Source: Octopus vulgaris (Eukaryota). Taken from it: a stretch of 64,000 bases of DNA. The position numbers and the translations under genes are program-made. The notes under the pieces were generated by a model that was given only the letters and a program-made list of their open reading frames with translations, did no database searches and was not told where the DNA came from. This document shows positions 26,255 through 38,830 of this stretch, in pieces; position 1 is the first letter of the stretch, and the number at the start of each line of letters is the position of its first letter. The stretch lies in NCBI GenBank assembly GCA_951406725.2, contig OX597817.1, positions 170,686,001 to 170,750,000 on the forward strand, written 5' to 3'.

Positions 26255-26790
26255 TACAAGAAGGTACCCAAAATAACCAGAAACGTTCTCTGTGGGACAA
26301 GCCCATTGTAATTCAGGCTTCTGCTGATAGAAATTCTTGGTGCAACCCTCTGGCATCAGTATACTGACTGGCATCATCAAGTGAAGTCGTACTGCCACGT
26401 GATGCATCTTTGTTTTGTAGTGCTTCACCTCTGCTCATCAATTCTTATGATGGCCGAAATGAAAGAACAGAATGTTTCTGTGAAATTCTGTTTTTTGCTG
26501 GGGAAAACGATGGCCAAAACAGTTGTCATGCTTCAAACAGCTTACAATGACGTTACCATGAACAAAACACAAGTTTACAAGTGGTTTTCGCATTTTAGGA
26601 ATGGTTACTTATTGCTTGAAAACCAACCTAGTTCAGGGTGACGGTCGACCCCTTAAACAAATGAAAACATCATGAAAATTCATAAACTGATCTTGGAAGA
26701 CTGTCACTGAACAATTGATGAACTTGTTGATATGATTGGTGTGTCCTGGAGCTCCTGGCAACGAATTTTGAATGAAGAATTGTGAATGAA
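26255..26790 (+). mobile_element. Mariner 5' fragment (N-terminal HTH pseudogene)
   Basis: EQNVSVKFCFLLGKT..TVVMLQTAY...TQVYKWFSHFRNG...PSSG*RST continues through stops into TIDELVDMIGVSWSS. Confidence 0.88.
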
Positions 26791-26889
26791 AAATATCTCA
26801 GACCAAAGTATCTCAGACTAAAGTGGTTTAGACCAAAGTGCTGTATCCCATTGTGTTGTATTATATACTTATATTGCATAGTATATATA

Positions 26890-26920
<31 letters not shown>

Positions 26921-27138
26921 ATATATATATATATCATCATCATCATCATCATCATCCTCATCACCATCATCATCATTGTTTAACGTTTGCTTTCCATGCT
27001 GGCATGGATTGGAAGGTTTGACATGGAACTGGCCAGCTGGGAGCTCCAATTGTCTGTTGTGGTATGGTTGCTATGGCTGGATGCCCTTCCTAACACCAAC
27101 CACTTAACAGACAGCTGGTAGCTTTTTATGTCCCACTG

Positions 27139-27202
<64 letters not shown>

Positions 27203-27594
27203 ACACTCTCGCACAAATGCACACATATATTAGGTGTGTTCTAGTGTGTGTATTGTATGTGATATGTGTGTGTGTATTATGTTTGTGGTTGTGTCTGGGT
27301 ATTATCAATCCTGTCTTTATGCCTGGGTACACTGGGCAGTTACTCAGAGCTCTCATGGGCCTAAGGCCCAATTCCAATCTATGTATTTTGGGCTTGCTGT
27401 CAGTGTATAAATACTATAGGGCCAAGTGCACTAATTTGTACAGGAACCTGGAATGCCATGAAAACAGCCCTGGGTACTCTTCCTGTTGGTATTATGTGCG
27501 TTATATATGTTGTGTGGGTCTTATGTATATTGTATTGTACAGATATTATGTACGTTGTATTGTGTGTACTTTATATACACGATATTGTTGTGTG

Positions 27595-27995
27595 TTTACC
27601 TCTGCTAAGGAAGGAGGTTGTGTTTTCATCGGCATTGGTTTGTCTGTCTGTCCGTCTGTGTGCAAAATAACACAAAAAGTTGTGAACGGTATTTAATGAA
27701 ACCTACAGGAAAAGTTGGTAATAACACCAGGAACAAATGGTCAAATTTTGGTAGTGATCTGGGAATTTTTATGGAATCTTGAAAGATTTTTCATTTGTTA
27801 TATTTACTTTACAATTACAATGTTACGTTCTTTGATTATCTCCCTTGAAAACACGTTCATCGTTTCCACGTAACCTATGGTGGCGTTGCTGTATCCAAAG
27901 TTTATTTACGTTTCTCTATTAGTAATTTTACTCACGTATCTCTCTTAAAATGAGCAACTTGGCAGAGGTCTGTACTCTCTGAGTGCTTTTCTAGT
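27595..27995 (+). mobile_element. Helentron-associated (HINE/DINE-1-like) non-autonomous element
   Basis: 5' ttacctctgctaagg, short (GTCT)n, subterminal inverted repeat ttggcagaggt, 3' hairpin gtactc-tct-gagtgc, ending ctagt. Confidence 0.7.
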
Positions 27996-28615
27996 ATATG
28001 TATGTCATCTTGTGTAGGTATTATGTGTTGTTGTTTATGCTGTATTGTGTGTGTATCATGTGTTATGTGTGAGCAATATGTGTATTGTATTGTGTGTACA
28101 TTATTCACGCTGAATATCTTCTTTGTGTTTTCTGTCTCTCATGTGTTGTTTTGTACAGATGTTTTGTACAGATGGGGTTGATGTTCCTTTGGCATTTTTT
28201 AAAATGTTAACTTTTATTCTTCAAAGACGGCAAAATCTTGCAGACACTCCATATTTAGAATAGAATAAAATTTAATTAATGTCATATGCAAAAGTGTGGT
28301 ACGTTGAAATTTCGCTTCAGACAATTCATAAGTTAAATAAATAAGATCAGACACCAAAGATTTCTGAGATAATATGCAAGAAAGAGCATTAAAAAAAAAA
28401 TCAGATCAATAAAGGTAGTAAAATATACACTGTTAAATATTTACCGTTTGGTCTCTGGCATTTTTCTGCTTGAATGTCTGTCAGTTTCATGATATAGCAT
28501 CAAAGAAAAGGCTGCTTCATTGTCATCATTTTCATCGTCGTCGTCATCATCATAATCATCATCATCATCATTACTGTCATTATCATCGTCGTCATCGTCA
28601 TCATTTTCATCATTG

Positions 28616-28661
<46 letters not shown>

Positions 28662-29139
28662 TGTCATCGTCATCACCTTCATCATTGTCGTCATCATCAT
28701 CATTATCATTTAACGTCCACTTTTCCATGCCTGCATGGGTCAGAGACAGTTTGTTGAAGCAGATTTTCTACAACTGGATGCCCTTCCTGTTGCCAACCCT
28801 TGCCCATTTCCAAGTAAGGTAATATTTCCTTGTGGTCAGACACGTTTTTTCCACAGAAGACTGGAAATGAAGAGTATTGCTGTGTGATAGACAGTAAAAT
28901 GCATTTACAAAAAACCAAGACAAGGAAATGTCAATTCATACACATTCTGGCCCAAGGTGCTGCACAATGGGACTGAACATGGAACCATGTGGTCGAGAAG
29001 CAAGCTTCTTAGCCACACAACCATGCCTGCACCTCTCTCTAAATTACAATACAACATTATGTTTAGAGCAAAACCAAAGTCTGGGAAGAATTGTGAGATA
29101 CTGGCAATCATCATCATCATCATCATCATCATCCTCATC

Positions 29140-29630
29140 ATTTAACATCCGCTTTCCTTGCTAGCATGGGTTGGATGGTTTGACTGAGGGCTGGCAAACC
29201 AGATGGTTGTACCAGGCTCCAGTCTTGATCTGGCGGAGTTTCTACAGCTGGATGCCCTTCCTAACGCCAACCACTCCAAGAGTGTAGTGGGTGCTATTTA
29301 CGTGTCAACGGCATGGGGGCCAGTCAGGCGGTACTGGCAACAACCTCGCTCGAATCTTTTTACACATGCCAATGGCACAGGTGCCAGTAAGGCGATGCTG
29401 GTAACGATCCCGCTCGAATGGTGCCTCCTACATGCCACCATTACAGAAGCCAGTTAGCCACTCTGGCAATGATCATGCTCAGATGGTGCTCTTAGCACCC
29501 TACTAGCACTGGGCACAAGAGCCAGTAAGGTGAAGCTGGTAACGATCACACTCGAACGGTGCCTTTTATGTGCCACTGGCACAGAAGCCGGTTAGCTGCT
29601 CTGTCAATGATCACACTCGTATGGTGCTCG
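29140..29630 (-). mobile_element. SINE-like family C (longer internal array)
   Basis: Close relative of 24850-25260 with extra units. Confidence 0.85.
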
Positions 29631-30239
29631 AGCAATATTTGGTCATGACAAATATTATTCAGTAAACATTGTGAGCCTATTTGTATGCCATTGTGAGTTG
29701 AGGAATCTGGCATTTCAGAACAGATTGCTTCATCTGAGAGATACTAAAAGAAAAAACAATGTTTTCTCTCCCAGATGAAGAGCAAGTAGTCTCAAAATGG
29801 AGGGCTTTTCTTTCTCCCCACAGTAGATTCATGAATCATACATTATTTTGGTAGTGTAGTTTTTATTTAACACCAGGACTATCATGATTAAGTAGACCTA
29901 TGATCAGAGGCATTTGACTATGTTGTCATTTTGTATATTCTAGAACTACGCTATCCAGTATCTTTTTTATGTTTTAAGTAAGTAGAATGGGATTTGTGAG
30001 AGAGACAATGAGAGAGATTTGTTTGTTATTTCTTGTATATTGAATGACCACATAGAGGTGCCTTCTATTATGGCTTTTGCTGTTGTTGCTATTGTTAGAT
30101 TCATTGTTACTGTTTAGCCCCAGGACGGACTGACCAAGCTGACCTCTGGTACTTATTTCATCGACCTTGAAAAGATGAAAGGTAAAGTCGACCTTAGTGA
30201 CATTTGAACTCAGAACATAAAACCCCGAAGAAATGTCAT

Positions 30240-31190
30240 TCTGCATTTTCTCCTGTGTGGAGACAATTCTGCCAGGTAATAAGACTAGAATAATGAAATG
30301 GAATATAGCATGTAGACTTAAATGCAAGGAAAGCCGCACACAGATCATAAACCATTCTGTTTCCTTCAGTCACTTTTACATTAGTTCTGAGAACAATGTT
30401 TCAAATGAGAAAATAGTTACGAGTGCTTTGCAAGAATTTTAAGAGTACTAACATTTTTGGCCATGTAGTTCCATATTCTGAGAAATTCAGACTGGATATT
30501 TATTCACGATTATTGTTACACGTTCACATTCAATTTCTTCTAAATCAACTCCAAATCTAATGGATTTTTGCTTCCAAGTAGGACCGAATTAGAAGTCGGC
30601 TAACTGCATTTATATATCTCCTAAGTTTAACCACTCAAACACATCCATGAAATCTGCTTCAACAGGATATTTTATAAATTGTATTGATTTTTTCACCTTG
30701 CTCTCTGAATTGCACAAATCTAAAAGAAAACTGCTCAGTCATGGCTTTTATAACTTCGCTAAACCATTTTGCACGTTGTTCAAGTTTCTTACAGCTGGGT
30801 TCTTCACAAAAAAAAAGTAAAAAGAAGAAAAATGAATTAATAATAAAAATGTCTTCACTCTTGGGAAGCACTTGAAACTTTTTCTTTCTAATTCACACTG
30901 AAATATTGCCAAGTCTCAAAACAGTTGAATCAAGCTCCAAACATTATGTGAATAGATTTCTCCGAAACCTTGCAATTTAATACTAAGTTCTTTTAGATGC
31001 AATGTAAAAGCTGTGAAAAAAAAGCATAGCTTTACTGAGCTAAGCTAAAACATTTAGCTGAGGAAAATCATGCTCAAAGCTTTTCATATCAAAAAAAAAT
31101 TCTGATTTCACTTAGAGATTCAACAAACTATTGAAGTTCTTGGCAAATTTTCCTTACTAATCCATCATGATTAGAATCTCTGTGAAAACG
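30240..31190 (-). mobile_element. Degraded hAT (Spin/Charlie, GTF2IRD2-like) transposase relic
   Basis: EQFSFRFVQFRE and downstream frameshifted ALVTIFS..ETLFS-like segments resemble the C-terminal half of these transposases. Confidence 0.5.
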
Positions 31191-31498
31191 TTTCACTATA
31201 AGGCACAGGGGAGGCTGTGTGGTAAGAATTTTGCTTCCCAACCACATGGTTTCTGGTTCAGTCCCACTGCATGGCACCTTGAGTAAGTGTCTTCTACTAT
31301 AGTTTCGGGTTGATCAAAGCCTTGTGAGTGGATTTGGTAGACGGAAACAGTAGGAAGCCTGTCACACACACAAGGACTTATATATGTTTATATATATATA
31401 TATATAATCATAATCATCATCATCATCGTCATCATCCTAGTCCTCTTCCTCCTCCTCCTCCTCCTCCTCCTCCTCCTCCATCCTCATCATCATCATTA

Positions 31499-31890
31499 AG
31501 GCAGCAAGCTGGCAGAATTGTTAGCATGCTGGATGCAATGCTTGGCGGTACTTTGCCTGTTGCTACATTCTGAGTTCAAATTTCACCAAGGTTGTCGTTG
31601 CCTTTTATTCTTTCAAGGTCGATAAAATAAGTACCAGTTAAATGCTGGGGTTGATGTAATTTACTAATTCCCTCCCCCAAAATTTCAGGCCTTATGCCTT
31701 TAGTAGAAAGGTTTATTATTATTATTACTTCATCTGTCGCTACATTCTGAGTCCAAATTCCACCGAGGTTGACTTGCCTTTCATCCTTTCAGGGTTGATA
31801 AGTTAAGTACCAAGAAAACACTGGGGTTTTATATAATCAACTAGTCCTCTCCCCTAAAATTTCAGGCCTTGTGCCTATAGAAGAAAGGAT
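31499..31890 (+). mobile_element. SINE family B variant (different tail ending in (ATT)n), two tandem units
   Basis: Deu/Nin-like body twice, with tail aaaatttcaggccttgtgcctatagaagaaaggattatt. Confidence 0.75.
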
Positions 31891-31936
31891 TATTATCATT
31901 ATTATTATCATTATTATTATCATTATTATTATTATA

Positions 31937-32005
<69 letters not shown>

Positions 32006-32819
32006 GCTTTACTTCTCAGAATGTTCAGTCTTGTTTGTTCTGGTAGAGTCTGTGAGACTCGACAGCAATCTGCTGTCAGAGATCTCACAGGGTTTCTGTC
32101 CACACATTATAAGCTTTGATACTTGGTTGTAAATTATCGTGGGAGACATTCAACATCCAAGTACTAATCTGAAAATCCTAGCTGTCCCCAGCAGAGCAGC
32201 TTTTTGGGATTACTCTGCTCTCATGTCAATTTCGATTCCTTTGACGTATATCTTGAACTTGGTTGTTAGTGCTCTGAGTGCCCCTACAACTACTGGAATG
32301 ACAGACACTCTCCTCATAGTTCACATTCTTGCAATTTCACCTTTTAGTTGTCTGTACTTTTCAATCTTTTCTAGCTCTTCATCACTTATGCATGCATCTC
32401 CAGGTATTGCAATATCTATGATCTTGGTTTCCTTTTTTCCTTTATCTACCACAACAATATCTGGTCTCCAAGCCTTGATTAGGGAGTCACATTGGATTGT
32501 AAAATCCCACAGTATCATATGTTCCTTGTTCTCGGAGACTCCTTCTGGTTCATGTTTGTACCATTTTTGTGCTCTGTTCAGGCCATACCTTCAGTGGATA
32601 AGCTTACATTATAGTGCCTCCTTTTGTAGTACTTTTGGGCCAGCTTTCTACACTCACTCACAATATGTGAGATTGCTTCCTTTCTGTTGCCACATATTCT
32701 ACAAAGGGGCGATTCACTACACTTATCTAGTTGGAACTTGGTGTAATTAGTTCTCAGATCTTGTTCCTGGCTGCTGCATATCAATGCTTCTGTGCATCCT
32801 TTCAGATCACTTATTCTTA

Positions 32820-33255
32820 GCTGTACTGGTGGCACGTAAAAAGCACCATCTGAACATGGCCGATACCAGCACCGCCTTGACTGGCTTCTGTGCCAGCATC
32901 AAAATAAATATCAAATGGAAATTGTAGTTGTGATACCTGTGCCGGTGGCATGTAAAAAGCACCATCTGAACGTGGCCAATGACAGCGCCGCCTTGACTGG
33001 CTTCTCTGCCGGTGGCACGTAAAAAGCATCAACCGATCATGGCCGCTGCCAGTTTCCCCTGGCACCTGTGCTGGTGGCACGTAAAAAGCATCCACTACAC
33101 TCATGGAGTGGTTGGTGTTAGGAAGGGCATCCAGCTGTAGAAACACTGCTAGATCGGACTGGAGCCTGGTGCAGCCTCCTGGCTTCCCAGACCCCGGTCG
33201 AACCGTCCAACTGGGGCTAGCATGGAAAACAGACGTTAAACAATGATGATGATCT
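32820..33255 (+). mobile_element. SINE-like family C inserted in the R4/Dong relic
   Basis: Family C sequence with (GAT) tail. Confidence 0.85.
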
Positions 33256-33360
33256 CCAAGTGATGCTCTTGTCCTTTCCTTTGATTTCATTTTCTCGTTG
33301 TTTACTCTTTCTTCTTCATCTTGTTTCCTAAATGTTTTTAGGTGCATCACATATTCGGTA

Positions 33361-33585
33361 CTCTTACTCTTTTACTCTCTTTTATTTGTTTCAGTCATTT
33401 GACTGCGGCCATGCTGGAGCACCACCTTTAATCGAGCAACTCGACCCGGGACTTATTCTTTGTAAGCCCTGTACTTATTCTATCGGTCTCTTTTGCCGAA
33501 GTGCTAAGTGACGGGGACATAAACACACCAGCATCGGTTGTCAAGCAATACTAGGAGGACAAACACAGATACACAAACACACACG

Positions 33586-33651
<66 letters not shown>

Positions 33652-33805
33652 TACGACGGGCTTCTTTCAGTTTCCGTCTACCAAATCCACTCACAAGGCT
33701 TTGGTCGGCCCGAGGCTATAGTAGAAGACACTTGCCCAAGGTGCCACGCAGTGGGACTGAACCCGGAACCATGTGGTTGGTAAGCAAGCTACTTACCACA
33801 CAGCC
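33361..33805 (-). mobile_element. SINE family A inserted in the R4/Dong relic
   Basis: Near-full-length match. Confidence 0.9.
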
Positions 33806-34035
33806 AGTATTACATTGTTAATTCTAACAGCAGCAAGCAAAGGATTCACTTTGCTGTTTATTGTACCATTCCAGACTGTTCTTCCCTTTGACAACACAGA
33901 TCTTGCATCCAATGAGACCTCTTCCACCACTGTTTCTAGGTACATAGAATTGTTAATTGTCATCACTTTTCTGGTTTTCCTGTCCATTTCCTCAAGTGTG
34001 TTCTTTGTCTACCTAACAACACCTGTGCCGTTTTG

Positions 34036-34037
<2 letters not shown>

Positions 34038-34080
<43 letters not shown>

Positions 34081-34571
34081 GATTGTTATTATTATTATTG
34101 TTATTGTTGTTGTTATTATTAATATTATAATTACAATTATAATTATTATTATTATTATTATTGTTATTATTATTATTGTTGTTGTTGTTACTGTTGTTAT
34201 TATTATTATTATTATCATCATTGTTGTTGTTGTTATTATCAATATTAGTGTTATTGTTGTTGTTGTTGTTATAATAATAATGATAATAATAATAATAATA
34301 ATTATTATTATTATTATTATTATTGTTATTATTATTGTTATTGTTGTTGTTGTTATTAATATTATTATTATAATTATTATTGTTGTTATTATTATTATTG
34401 TTATTGTTGTTATTGTTATTATTATTATTGTTGTTGTTGTTATTATTGTTATTGTTATAATAATAATAATAATAATAATAATTATTATTATTATTATTAT
34501 TGTTATTATTGTTATTGTTATTATTATTATTATTATTATTATTGTTGTTATTGTTATCGTTATTGTTAATG

Positions 34572-34633
<62 letters not shown>

Positions 34634-34650
34634 GTTATCATTATTATTGT
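34038..34650. repeat. (ATT/GTT)n microsatellite
   Basis: Direct reading; source of the poly-I and poly-N ORFs. Confidence 0.95.
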
Positions 34651-35963
34651 GTTGGAGGAGCTTTGTGAAAAGTAAACATTTCACTAGTTAATGATGATCT
34701 AGCAAATGTGATGGAAGATTTAATGAAGCTGCTGACCTTGTCACAGATGGTTGGGGAACCAATGGTGGTTCTGTTTACTGGCCTGTTTTGTTACTAAGTA
34801 ATATCTCTTATGGTTATGTACTGTCCCTTATGGATGGAGGGAGAGGAAGGGAGAGGAGGAGGAGGAGGTGGAGGTGAGATGGGGAGGAGGCAAGGTGGAG
34901 AGGGGACAAAGTGAGCCAAATGTGATTTGGAAGGAGAGGGAGGGAGAGAAAGGAAAGAAGTGTAAGCAGAGGAGGAGATGAGGTGGATGAGCAGGGGAGG
35001 AGACAGAAGAGGAGAACAAAGGGTGGAGGGAATGGTGAAGGAAGAAGGAAGGGAGAGTAGGGGAGAGCTGGATAGAGGATGGATAGGGGGTTGGAGTGAG
35101 AGGGAGAGGGCGGAGGTGAAGAGAGAGAGAGAGAGGAAATAAGGAGTTGGGTGAAGAAGAGGAGGAAGAGGAGGAGAGGCACAGGGTGGTTGGAAGAGCA
35201 GAGGACCCCTCTTCTCCAGAGGAGATTAGGTAGACATATATGAGAGAGGGGAGGAGAGGCAGAGGGGAAAGTGAAAGACAAGGAAGAAAGACAAAAAGGA
35301 GGAAAGAAGGAAGGAAGTGAAGAAAAATAATATTGTGATTCTTACTTCTTAAAGAAGTAAAGAAAGAAAATTGGAAAGTAAAGCAGAATTGATGATACGA
35401 AAAAGATAAATAAATAAAAGACAAAAACGGTGAGAAATAAATAGTTGCTGGATTCTGTTTCAAAATATCCAAGCAGCTCCCTTTCATTCAATTACTTGGA
35501 GAAATTTCTTCCAATAAATCAGAAATTCCTGGGCAGAAGATAAGTTTTGGGATGAAATTAAAGCGAAAATTCTCTCTTCAGAGATTAAGAGAAAGATAAA
35601 GTGATCGGAATTATTATATGAAGAATAAGTGGAACCAGGATTTCAGGCAGTTTTTTCTGATTCTTTCTATGGAAGAATTATGCTTTATCCTGTAGCTTAC
35701 CAACGTTCATTGTTTTCTGGTGGTTCATTGCATATTTTTTGTTTACATTTGAATTTTTTTTTGTTGTTTTTTGTCTTAAAAACACACCTCGTCGATTCAT
35801 TGACATATAAATGCAATAAAGGATATTATATACGTCTCTGTTGTGGAGGTGCATGGCTTAGTGGTTAAGGTGCATGATTGTCAGATTGTGCTTTTGATTC
35901 CTGGACTGGGTAATGTGTTGCGATCTTGATCAAAACGCCTCATTTCATGTTGCTTCAATCTGC

Positions 35964-36438
35964 TCATCATCATCATCATCATCATCGTTTAGCGTCGGCT
36001 TTCCATGCTAGCATGGGTTGGACGGTGCAACTGGGGTCTGGGAAGCCAGAAGGCTGCACCAGGCCCAGTCTGATCTGGCAATGTTTCTACAGCTGGATGC
36101 CCTTCCTAATGCCAACCACTCCATGAGTGTAGTGGGTGCTTTTTACGTGCCACCTGCACAGGTGCCAGACAAGTCTGGCAAACGGCCACGGTTGGATGGT
36201 GCTTTTTACGTGCCACCGGCACGGAGGCCAGGCGAGTCTGGCAACGGCCACGATTGGATGGTGCTTTTTACGTGCTACCGGCACGGGGGCCAGGCGAGGC
36301 TGGCAACAGCCATGATCGGATGGTGCTTTTTACATGCCACCAGCATGGAAGCCAGTCAGGGCGGCACTGGCAACGGCCACGTTTGGATGGTTCTCTTATG
36401 TGCCACCAGCACTGAATCACAGCGACAATTTCCATTCA
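35964..36438 (-). mobile_element. SINE-like family C with ~62-bp tandem units, inserted into a tRNA-SINE (35845-35963 and 36439-36483)
   Basis: ggtgctttttacgtgccaccggcac recurs at roughly 62-bp intervals. Confidence 0.85.
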
Positions 36439-36484
36439 ACTGGTAAAAATGAGTAATCCTGCAACAGACTGATATCCCATCCTA

Positions 36485-36840
36485 GACATGGTCGAGGAAG
36501 TGTCCTCTCCAGTAGAGTGCATGATGCGAGCTGGTGAAAGCCTTCAGGAAGCCAGTGCCCCAACAACTCTTATGATGACCAAGACCGAAACCAGAATAGG
36601 GACCTGGAACATCCAAACCCTGTATGAGGCAGGAAAAGTGCACAAGTGTGTAGAGAGAGGCACAGTTACAGTCTTGGTGCAGGAGTGTCGATGCAAAGGA
36701 GAGGGCTGCCGGAATGACATGGGCCAAGCTAAAGAGGATCCCCCATAACCACATCCATTGAAAAAAATGTTGTTGCAGCCCTATGTCCCCTAGGGAATCA
36801 AGAGGCCTGAGAAGAAGAAGAAGAAGAAGAAGAAGAAGGA
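36485..36840 (+). mobile_element. Internally deleted RTE LINE (APE start fused to the 3' end, (GAA)n tail)
   Basis: TRIGTWNIQTLYEAGK (APE motif I) is followed within ~100 bp by VAALCP-type RTE C-terminal coding and a GAA tail. Confidence 0.75.
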
Positions 36841-36874
36841 GTGGAGGAGAAGGAGGAGGAGGAGAAGGAGAAGA

Positions 36875-37230
36875 GGGTACCAGATAATTTACTTTACAGT
36901 CCCAAATCATGAAAAAGTCAATATGAGAGGTATAGAAAAAAAAAGCAAGGTACCAGGACCTAACCATTGAATTACAGAGACTATAGAAAGTGCGGGTAAA
37001 ATGTATCTCAGTAGTTATTGGTGCATTAGGGACTATCCCTAAAGATTTGAACAGAAGGATAGAAGAAATAGGCATAAAACCCAGTTTAGTACAGCTCCAG
37101 AAAACAGTTTTATTAAGGATAGCAAGGATACGTAGGAGGGTTCTTGGCATTTAAGCTTACTTGTTGTAGCCTGATGTTAGGAATTTTTCTTTTCCAACAG
37201 TCTAATCTGTTGTGTGCATATAAATAATGA
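36875..37230 (+). mobile_element. R4/Dong-clade 3' fragment
   Basis: YQDLTIELQRL*..VVIGALGTIPKDL..LQKTVLL..ARI..VLGI*, then a taataat tail. Confidence 0.85.
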
Positions 37231-37849
37231 TGATGATGATTATGATGATAATGATTTCCAATTTTTGCAGGGGACTGGGTAAGTCAATTACATTGACACT
37301 AGTGTTCAACTGGGACTTATTTTTATCGACCTTGAAAGGATGTGAAAGGCAAAGAAGACCTCGGTGGAATTTGAACTCAGAATGTAGTGACAGACAAAAT
37401 GGTGCTTAAGCACTTTGCCCAGTCGGCTAAAAATTCTGCCAGGTTGCCACCTTAATAATAATAAAAATGATAATAATCATTGTTGTTGTCGTCGTTGTCA
37501 TCATCATCATCATCATCATCAAACACAATCATCATGTTATTAATAAAATGACTTGCTCACTCCTTTATCAATAAACGACTTTTATCAATAAACCTACTTG
37601 CCCATTCCACTCTCCTTGTGAATAATTATCTCTACAGATATTTATGGATTTTCAGAAGCATGATCATATCATAAAACAATCAGTCCCAGATTTGAAGTCA
37701 TAAATGATAGCCTGAACCCGTTGATGAGCTTAACAGAGTAAAATTTATGATTAACACCCAAATGAAATTGATATCATGTGGTTGTGGATGAACACAAAGA
37801 CACACCCACTCTCAATATATATTTATATATATATATTTATAATAAAATA

Positions 37850-38155
37850 TTAGGGAATAAATCCAAACTTACAGGGAAAAATCAGATTTAGGATTGAATC
37901 CAATTTTATAGTAAAATATTATATTATATTAAATTAGAGATAAAACCACTATTAGGCAAATCAAACAATGAAAAACTTAAGCCAATACATAAAATTAATT
38001 AATTTATATTACTTTAAATATATATCAACAGTATTAAAAGTTTATTTTGATATATATTTAAAATAATATAAATTAATTAATCTTATGTATTGGCTTAAGT
38101 TTTTCATTGTTTGATTTGCCTAATAGTGGTTTTATCTCTAATCTAATATAATATA
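37850..38155. mobile_element. AT-rich fold-back element in (TA)n (PLE pLTR relic)
   Basis: Arms 37921-38028 / 38047-38155; related sequence at 818-880. Confidence 0.65.
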
Positions 38156-38179
38156 TATATTTATATATATATATATAAA

Positions 38180-38600
38180 CTTAGATAAACTTACATATAT
38201 TTTGACCAAAGATTGGTTCAGGCCATGTCTAACTTAATAGCACCACCTGATAGGATTATCTAAATCCTGTTTAAGTCAAGTTTTGTTTATGGTCCATTCA
38301 AGTAGTGAGTTCTTGTTGAGTGAGTTGTATCCAGGTATGGGTGGCTTATCTGGTATTCCTTGAAGAAATCTGTCCAGACTCCGTTTAAAGCTGATGGGAT
38401 CCTTTTTCTTTTTGATCTCTTTTGGGACAATGTTAAACAGGGCAGGGCCTGTTGAGGAAAAGAATTTGTGTTGCAGTGTACCTATATACTGTGATCCTGA
38501 ATTGGACAGGGGACGTATGGCTCGTGGTCCCAGTCCTTGGGTGAACCTTGAAACTAATGTCCAGGTCGTTTGGGCAAAGTTGGTATATTCTCCACATTGT
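38180..38600 (-). mobile_element. LINE (CR1/Jockey group) 3' end
   Basis: FFSSTGPALFNIVPKEIK..FKRSLDRFLQGIPDKPPIPGY..NSLLEW. A second 3' copy lies at 62283-62440. Confidence 0.85.
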
Positions 38601-38779
38601 ACAAATATATATATATATATATATATTGTATAAGCTATTAAATTTTAACATTCTCAAAGCTTTGCAGTAGTATCTATGCGGTAAGTTTACTTCCCAAACA
38701 CATGGTTCTGTTTGGTCCCACCATGGGGCAACTTGGCCAAGTGTATTCTACTATATCCCTATATATATATTGACATGGG

Positions 38780-38825
<46 letters not shown>

Positions 38826-38830
<5 letters not shown>

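Larger units (their letters stand above)
32006..34037 (-). mobile_element. R4/Dong-clade RLE non-LTR retrotransposon relic between (TAA)n tracts, interrupted by SINEs
   Basis: CRICGNRKEAISHIVSEC zinc knuckle, ILWDFTIQCD..RPDIVVVDK..IIDIAIP..EKIEKY restriction-like endonuclease, and DRKTRKVMT. Flanked by (ATT)n on both sides. Confidence 0.88.

Noticed and set aside
29726-29782. 14-bp stem hairpin (cttcatctgagaga / tctcccagatgaag) as a miRNA or ribozyme
   Set aside because: The stem is too short with a large loop, and the hammerhead core is incomplete; probably a decayed repeat.
36136-36410. CRISPR-like repeat-spacer look (palindromic 25-bp repeat every ~62 bp)
   Set aside because: The spacers are homologous to each other, the array is internal to a dispersed SINE-like family, the DNA is eukaryotic and there are no cas genes.
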